From Flaccisagitta enflata (taxonomy: Eukaryota), in NCBI GenBank assembly GCA_965153355.1, contig OZ231126.1, forward strand, positions 33,294,001 to 33,358,000: DNA of 64,000 nucleotides, written 5' to 3'. A model generated the notes under the pieces. The model ran no database searches. It worked only from the letters and a program-made list of their open reading frames with translations, and was not told the DNA's origin. Both the position numbers and the translations under genes were made by a program. Below are positions 54,430 to 64,000 of this stretch, in pieces (position 1 is the stretch's first letter; every line of letters begins with the position of its first letter).

Positions 54430-56200
54430 CGAGGATTGAGGAACAAAAAGTTAACTATGTTGACAAGATGGTAATGGTGAGGGAGATAACAGTTAAGTTA
54501 CTTTTTTCTTTTCTTTTTTTTTCGCGATTCTTCGATTCTACTCAGAGAAACGTCCAACAAGGATTGCAAAAGGTAACAAGTAAAGAGGTTGTGAACGGGA
54601 GAGCAGGGGCGTACCTTCCTTCCACACACACAAAAACACACAACAGCAGCATCTTAAGCATTTTTTTACTCGTGCGTTATGGACCAATGGATGCACCAAT
54701 GGACCAACCGACGGACGGACAAAACAACATATGTAGTCGCGAGTCCGCTGTAATGCGGCGCGATTCGATAGTCGATACTCTGTCATCATCCTGGTCTCCT
54801 TTTATTTCTTCGCAGTTTTCTCCATAAAAGACGAAATGCTTTTCATCAGCAATTCATCAGAGTTTTTTCCCCGTTATTTCCGTTTTCCCCCATTCTTTTT
54901 TTTTGCCAATTTTACTTAGAAATGACAACATAACACCGCGCTCAAGCCGCGGTTAAAGAAGCCCGTATCTCAGGAGAAAATACCATTATGATATTACATA
55001 CTATATACCATTATACATATATACCGTTATATCACGGGTCATTAACAAAAACGCAGCTAATTCCTTTAGATCTCCTAAGAAAAATAGCTACATTATGATA
55101 GAAACCATACATAGCCTTTCTGTTCTCTTGTTAGTTGCGGACACGCAACTCTATAAGAGGCATTATCCGTCCGTCGGTCCGTCTGTGTTGGAAAGGTGTT
55201 TGGATGGGGGTTGGCTGCCCCTGCCCACCCGTCCGCAACGATATTGTGACCCCGCGTCTTTTGTATGTTTTTTTTCTTCGTCTAAACAAAGAAAGAAATG
55301 TACTAAAGATGAGCAAAAACTATTCACAAAAAAGTATGGTAGTATCCTCATGGGGGAAAATTACCGAGCTTAGTGAGCATCGCCATGAATTAGAGGATTA
55401 GAAAAGAGTCGATGAAGCCTATTTCACAGAAACACGACAAAATAAACTTAGGCCAAAAGGTAGATGAGGGTTCGGTATGATGCGTTGTCCAGAACCGACC
55501 ATCAGATATGCGATCATTAGGGTAGATAGAATGATTAGAGCGCCCTAACGTACAACTTCGATTGCCAAAAATAACGAAAAAAAAAATCCAACAACGGACG
55601 GACAAAAAGACATAAGAACGTATTGTCGAGTTTAGAGAAAAAAGAAACGTTAAAAAATTGGCGCCATGGAATGTTTGCTTCGAGTCTGCAGCCGTCAAGG
55701 TTGAACTAAAGTAATTTCCGTCGAGGACAGAAGGGGGCAAAAGAGGTGCAGAAAAGCGAAAAAGAAATAGAAACAAAAAATTTTTTTCTCTGCGTCTGAA
55801 AAAAAAACCGTCAGCGAGAAAAAAACAAGGCCAGAGACACGGCACCCTTGCCACGGGCAGGAAGGCAGGAGCGAAAAAAAACCAAAAAGCGACTTTGCGA
55901 CTTTGTGGCCGACAGACCAACCGACCGACTGACCGACTGAAAAGTGGCTTGAATAGTTGCGTTTCCGCGACAAAGAAAAAGAAAGAAATAAGTAAGAAAG
56001 ATTAACGAAAAAAAATGGTGCAAGTAAAACGGAAAAGAAGGGAAAAAACTTTGCATATGGGAGAGAAAAGGGAGGGAAAATGATAAGTACAAACTGTAGT
56101 ACGAGTGAAAATTACTTCACAATAGTAACAGTTCCAAGGTCTTAAAAGGAAAAGAAACGACGGAGGAAAGAAACACCCTTTTTGGACTGAAAAAACATAG

Positions 56201-56313
<113 letters not shown>

Positions 56314-58046
56314 AGAGAGAATACGGTCTATGGTTAGTGTATGATAATTGGCAAGCAACATGAATGATAAAGGAATATAATGGTAAAATGATTAATAAAA
56401 CGCTACGTATTTCTACGGAGATACGTGGATGTGTCTCGTTGTTTAAAATCATTTTCGGATCTATCTTGTAAGTTAATTGCAATTTGCTCTCGATCAGATA
56501 CATAAAGAACGTTTTGACTCAGGCGCGTATAAAGTTGAGCATTTCCCCCCCCCCCATAAATAAGATAAAAGGGTTTGGAGAGGGGAACAAAATCATAAGC
56601 TAAAAAAGAAGAAAAAAGAAAATCTTGAAGATTTAACACTTCCTGATGGTAGTATCTGATTACTACAACACATTTTAACACTATTTAAACAAACAGATCT
56701 AGTTTTATGGCGCAAATCACCTTATGCCATTCTATTTCCTGGACTTGTGGGGGTGAAGTAGATTTGATAATTCTCTTTCATTTGGCGCCAAGCAGAATGC
56801 TCTACGGCAAATATTTTTTGCATTATGAATTTTTAAAGATTTATTTACAAAAAATTCTAATTGAATTTTTTTCGATTTTTTTTTATTTTAAGTAGGATCA
56901 ATGAAGGAGTGTATTAAAGTTTATTTGAGCATACAAATACAAGAAGACATGTTTACGAGCAAAGCTGCTCATCTGTGAGCGTTTTCAAGCATTTTAGCTC
57001 ATTTAGCTCATTTAGCTCAGTTTATTTTTCTGATTTTAGATGCGACAAATGAATAAATATTCTTATATATGTAAGTATTCTTTGTAGATGACTTTTTCCT
57101 TCGTCAACACGTTTGCCGACCCCTTTCTCATATGAAGTTCGTATGAATAATTAGATATGTTAATTTCATACTATTATAATTTTGAAAACACTGCTCTAAT
57201 GGCAAGAAGTTATCGGATAGGCTAAGTGGAAACACAGAATGATTAGTTTTACAACAAAACCATGGCTATTCAATTTATTTAGTAATATAACTGAAAAATA
57301 CTACTTTTTTTCAAATAAAAAATAGTAAAAATTATTATACATTAAGCAAATACAACTGGAAAATTTTAAAAACTGGCCTCGAAGTCTTATACATAGATAT
57401 GAATGGTTTTATGGTACCAAATTTGAGCCTTTTCACATTTTAAAGAAACATTACAATTAAAATTTCGATTTTGCCGACTTCTTATGCAGGCTTATTGAGG
57501 CTGAGTGAGAAAAACACTAATGAGACATTTATTCACAACATACCTAAAGCGCAGCCTAGTGGCAGTTGTCGCTTAGCGTCGCCAGTATTAAGAAGGTGAC
57601 ACTATCTTTAACCATCAAAGTAAAAAAGTTGTTCATCCTTAAAGCTAAGCATGAACTATGGCGGAGCACTACTCCTAAACGAATCAAGCTACAGACCCCA
57701 GATTGGTCTCATTCTGAAGGGTTTAAGCAGCTCTTTAAAATGAGACAGGCCTGAATGGTGCAGCCTTTTTCGTTTGGGAGCAGCACTTTTCGCAAGATGG
57801 TGCTTGTCTCTCAAGGAAAAACGATTTTTACGAAGACTGAATGCTGGCAAGCTTAAATCAATACCGGAGTTACGGCAACCCAGTCGCAGACGGTTGGGCA
57901 GGGGCAGTAATACACAGTTTTCTTGCAATTTGAAAATGTGACAAACAAGCGTACCAACTGTTGTACAGAAGGACGTACCGACACAGCAAGGTGTAGAGTC
58001 GCTTGTTGTTGACTAAAAAGAATGTCAATGCTTTCTGCTATTTTGA

Positions 58047-58669
58047 AGCCTTATGACGCACTGAAATTAAAGATAGAGAAATTTGCCCGTTGGACAAACA
58101 AATCAATCGCATTAGCATTTCTATGTTATCAATGTCTGCTTCATTTTTTTCCAAACTGTTGTATGTTAAATTATGTAAAAAAAATGATCTGTTATTGCCA
58201 AACAATAGAATGGGAAAAAGAAATGAAGGAAATTCGACCATGAAGTTGAGAAAAAGTGAAGAAATTATTGACATCGATTTATTTTGAGCTCACACAGAAT
58301 TCCAAATTTGCATAGAAAATCAAAATTTCCATGAAACAAGAACATAGCGCGCTCAGTAACTGAGTTAGGGATCGCGCTATGTTCCTATTTTGTTGAGATT
58401 TAGGTTTTCTATGAAAATTTGGAATTCTGTGTGGGTCATGGTACAATAACAAAGTGGGATTTTCATTGCACTTTGTCTAGTTTTTCGACCATAGAATACA
58501 TGAATCAAAACTTGAACTGACTTGTTAATGTTTTTTGATGCAAAATATACCTATTAACATGTTAATTAATGACACCCAAGCAAAAAATTTCATCATATTT
58601 GATGTTATGAAAATCATGATTCATCTGGCTTGGGTAGCTAATTCTATGGTAATTTTCAGTGCGTCTTAT
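58047..58669. mobile_element. Degenerate palindromic MITE
   Basis: TATGACGCACTGAAATTA / TAATTTTCAGTGCGTCTTA ends, with a strong central hairpin at 58290-58436. Confidence 0.7.
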
Positions 58670-58683
58670 ATAGTGCACGCACA

Positions 58684-58788
<105 letters not shown>

Positions 58789-59305
58789 ACTCACACACAT
58801 TAAAACAATAATGCGCGGCCAGGCCTAAAGGTATATTCAAGTTCATCCCCTTCTTCTTCCTGACTTTTAGTGACATGTCTCTATATAGAAAAGGCTTTCT
58901 CCGTCCATGGGTCCAACTGTTGGTCTGTGTTTCTGTCTTTTGGTTCCACAATGATTTGTAAATACGCCGATGTTTGCATGTCCAACAATATTGTAGCCCT
59001 TCGTTGCTTAATTTTCTCTTAACGTCTAAATTCTAATGAGCCATTCAGTTACTTTCACGGTAAAAGATGGACGGCAAAATATTTAATGGAGGGTCTGCTG
59101 ATCCGACATAGTAAAAAAGGCTTCGAAATAGCTAGAAATATACCATTTTCATATATTCCACACAATTTTCGCCGGGGAAACCAAAAATCATGGTCTCGAA
59201 ACGCTCGGAGACAGTTTTTGATATCTTATGCTAAAACTTAATATATGTTTAAGCAAGCAGCCATAGGAAAGCATGTCAGTGAGCAGAGCTGCTCATCTGT
59301 GAGGG

Positions 59306-59881
59306 TTTTTTGGGCAGTAGCCCCGTAGGGGACGAAGTCCTGTAGAACACAGGGGGACTTTCGTTCGTTTGTTTGTCTGCGTCCCGCCCCTCGAGGCCTC
59401 TCAGGCGTGAAATCTGGCCTTTCAGGCCTCAAATTTGGCCTCTTAGACCTCAGATTGGCCTCTCAGGCCTCTTATCTGGCCTCTCAGGCCTCAAATCTGG
59501 CCTCTCAGGCCTCAAAACTGGCCTCTTAGGCCTCAATCCAACCTCTTGCCTCAAATTAGACCTCTCAAGCCTCAAATCAGCTATCTGATCCTCAAGTCAG
59601 TTCTCTATGGCCTTCCAAGCCTTGATCCAGCTCTTTCAAGCCTCAAGGCAGCCCATTCAAGCCCCCAACTGGCTTTCTGGCCTTACATCAGCCCTCTTAG
59701 ACCTGAATTCAGCCCAAACGGACGGACGGACGGATGGACGAACGAACGGACGAACGAAAGTCCCCCTGTGTTCTACAGGACTTCGTCCCCTTCGGGGCCG
59801 CTGCCCTGCTTCCCCTCACTCAAATTCACAATCATGCACAGCAGGGCAACAGGTATCGCTGTCCACATATTGCCCTGTTTT
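59306..59881 (+). mobile_element. 21-bp-array inverted-repeat element (27288 family)
   Basis: Same IR, array and tail as 27288-28013. It sits in a T-run of an older repeat whose empty site is at ~56970-57000. Confidence 0.85.
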
Positions 59882-60416
59882 AAGTACTCTAGTTAAGTAA
59901 TCTAGCTAATCTAGTTAAGTAATCTAGCTCATTTAGCTCATTTAGCCTAGTTTTTTTTCTGAGTTTTAATGGGATGAATAAATGTCCTAATTGAGCGTGC
60001 AAACAAAAGCAAGCTTTTCAGTTAGCATAGCTGGATATTTGGTTGAATGATTTTGAGTATTTTAGCTCATCTAGCTTATTTGGCTTGGTTCTTTTTTTTA
60101 CTGATTTTCAGTGCAATCAATACATACAACTGCTCTTGATTTGATCCAACAAATTCAAAAATGCAGGAATTGAAGATAAAAGCTTGGTGAAAAATGACCA
60201 ATGCTTACGACTTTTTTCCTCACGGTGACAGCCGCCATTACTGGTATACACCCCTGCGTTTTGTAAGAGTCAAGTAACTGTCACTTACATATCTATTACT
60301 CTTACGATTTGTAACGGTTGCAACAGTCTTAGTGACTTAATAAAGGTAAGTATTTTTTCACATGTTCACTTGGTTTTGATAACGGTTGTCACAAACACGG
60401 AACAATTTGGATTGTA

Positions 60417-60728
60417 ACAAGGCCGGATACACGGCAATCCAGTCGCGGACGGTTGGGCAGGAGCGGTAATGCAAAAACCGCTCGGGATTCAACGAAATTT
60501 GTAACCTACCGACCTACCGACCGACACAGCAAGGTGTGGAGTCGCTTGTCCGCGACTAAAAACAAGGCCGAATACACGGCAGGACAGTCGCGGACGGTTG
60601 GGCAGGAGCAGTAATGCGAAAACTGCTCGCAATTCAATAATGTTACCAACGGACCGATTGGAGGACCGATCGACGGACCGACCGACGGACCGACACGGCA
60701 AGGTGTAGAGTCGCGTGTCCGCGACTAA
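60417..60728 (-). mobile_element. Two head-to-tail Helentron-like elements of the 1122 family
   Basis: Both run AACAAGGCCG(G/A)ATACACGGC ... GTCCGCGACTAA. A further copy lies at ~57860-58018. Confidence 0.8.
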
Positions 60729-61434
60729 TAAATGAAATCTTCATTGTCTCCAATTTACGTGGGAAATCCGCTAATCTGTGGCAAGTTGGAAACTATCATT
60801 GTCAAGTTGTGCTCCCAAAAAAAAGGCGATGAAAGAGAGGAAATAATTGACAAACAATGGGTAAGAGAAGAAAAGAAAAAAGAAAAATAGACTGATCTAG
60901 GAGAAAACAAAGAGAGAAATAATTGATTCAAAGTATTGATCTAAGGGGGAAACAAAAAGCTATTATTTCCGTTAAGTGGCGTCATTGAAGCTGAAACGTT
61001 GATGCCTATAATCATAGGCTGCAATTCTTCCTCTTTTGTAGAGCTCTAAAGGAATCTCTTGTTAATGTTGTATAATGAGATGATGAAGAAAAATGGAGGC
61101 AATGAAAAATAAAACCTCTTTTTTCCTCTGAGAGAAAAGTTTAGTACAAAGAGAGTGAAAAAAGGCAACGAAGGGAAGTGAGAGATGAACAGACAAACAG
61201 ACATTCCTGGAGACATCATAATTGATATTGTTCTGTCACTGTTTTTTGAATATCGCCTAGTCTTTAGTCTGGTTCTACATGTTTACATGTGAATAAACAT
61301 CATATATAGACAATTAGACATGGGACATAAAAAAAAGTGTGACGTAGACATAGTTCCACTCATTTATCTTCTATATAGTTCAACCTTTAGATAAGTCAGT
61401 GATCAATCGATTGGGTGACACACGGTCGAATAAA

Positions 61435-62057
61435 CCTATGACAGTGGTCTTCCGAAGGCAACATTTGTGTTTCATAGGGGGCCAAAATTGAAAAATAAAG
61501 ATGTATAAAACTGAATGATTTTATAAAAATAATTATTGAAATATGTTAAGATGAATATTTTTTTGCATGATTTGCACTTAACAACAAAAAATTACCTAAT
61601 TAAGATGAAATTAAAGAAGAAAATTTACTGCAAATTACTAAGAATTTCAGTTTTGGTTAGTGACCAAAGGCTCGTTGAAATTATAAATTTGCATAGAAAA
61701 TGGAAGAATAAAAAAACGAAAAACATAGTTCTCCTTGAAAATCATTTACAGAGAGAACTATGTTTTCAAAAATGCAAAATTTCCCTTCATTAGAGACTAA
61801 TATAATTTCAACCGCAGGCAAGAATAAAAAAATGTAAACAAGATTTCACCAAAGACCTTGATTTTCTTGTCTATTTTTATGTAAATTGCATAGTTAGAAT
61901 TACTTTTGAGGTCAGAATATGAAAAGAATATATACACCAAGTGTCTCTAGAGACAATTTGTCTTCTAAAAAACATTTGAGTACCATTATTTTCCTGATAC
62001 TGATGCAGAAGGTATGGTGAAACGCTTGATTTTCCTTCAAAAATTTACCGTCCTATG
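61435..62057 (-). mobile_element. ~620-bp DNA element (copy 2, inverted)
   Basis: Reverse-complement similarity to 45713-46335 along its length. Confidence 0.7.
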
Positions 62058-62503
62058 TAACACGTTATCATTTAAAGAATTTAGAGGAACCACGTTGACG
62101 CAACGGAATTACGGATGACAAAATGCGACGAATGCAGAGATAGAGAGAAAGACCGAAAGAGAACGATGTAGAGAGCCATCATTACAAGGCCATGAAAGCC
62201 GGGTTTGTTCGATGGGTGGATCATCAACCGATCGACCAACCGACCGACCGACCAACCGACCAACCAATCATCGGTCATGGCCTCTATGGGCGCACACAAA
62301 ACTAAAAAAAGAAAAAGGAAAAAGAAAAAGGAAAGAAAAAAAAAAGAAACAAAACAAAAAACTTTTTGTCATTTAGTTAATCGCGACTGAAAAGGTTGTA
62401 AGTAGAACTCATGAATACCATCACTGAAATTGTTTTGTAAGGATATTTTCATGAAAAACATGTTAACGAAAACTCTGATTGTGCGTGACGATAAAGAGAA
62501 AAG

Positions 62504-63572
<1,069 letters not shown>

Positions 63573-64000
63573 CAGAATTCAGTGACAAACAGACCAAGGG
63601 AAAGCCAAATGATACACAAACAGACCAAGAGACAAGGGTTGGCTAACAGATTGACAAATGACGGGAAAGAAACATAGATATAGATACCGATGAAGAAAAC
63701 AAACAACAACGGTTTGATGAGAATTTCATAATTTGATAAAAAGAAAAAAAAATGGAAAAGAAAAAAAAGGAAAAGGAAGAAAAACAGAAAAAAAAGAGAG
63801 GGGAAAAAAAAGGAAAACCAGGCATTTATCCTCAGAAACAGAATGAAAAAATGATTTGTTCTTTGAAATCCTATTTACATGATGGTTTCTCCCAAAAGAA
63901 AAAAAGAAATGAGATGAAAATAACTAGACTACGAAATTTGACCTGGCTCCGTTGGCGGGACTCTTGTCCGTGGGAGTGGTTTTGTTGTTGCCCACCCAAA

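Overview
Repeat-saturated eukaryotic DNA, most likely from an invertebrate animal. No host protein-coding gene, rRNA, bona fide tRNA or CRISPR array can be supported, and nearly all ORFs after 15 kb are translations of microsatellites. The first 15 kb is a nest of transposons. A decayed BEL/Pao LTR retrotransposon lies on the minus strand (1606-15066, ~400-bp LTRs, TSD CTCCA/CTCCG). It is interrupted by four insertions: (i) a 5'-truncated esterase-ORF1/APE-RT LINE that itself carries a 9-bp-TSD MITE, (ii) a TA-TSD DNA element inserted in the RT YVDD motif, (iii) an unclassified 1.5-mer direct-repeat element, and (iv) a TA-TSD element in the 5' LTR that contains a Tigger/pogo remnant. The rest of the window holds many non-autonomous Helentron/DINE-1-like elements, some carrying 14-, 20- or 21-bp satellite arrays. 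It also holds about ten MITE families, a second LINE fragment, microsatellite-bounded tandem duplications and abundant (GA)n, (GAA)n, (CA)n and (CAA)n tracts. The best candidates for something undescribed are the 1.5-mer element with a fixed end, the covarying hairpins of the Helentron-like families, a MITE with a central tRNA-like Pol III unit, an in-frame ORF1-TAG-ORF2 LINE junction, and short modules shared between unrelated DNA-transposon families. All alignments were made by eye and no database searches were run.
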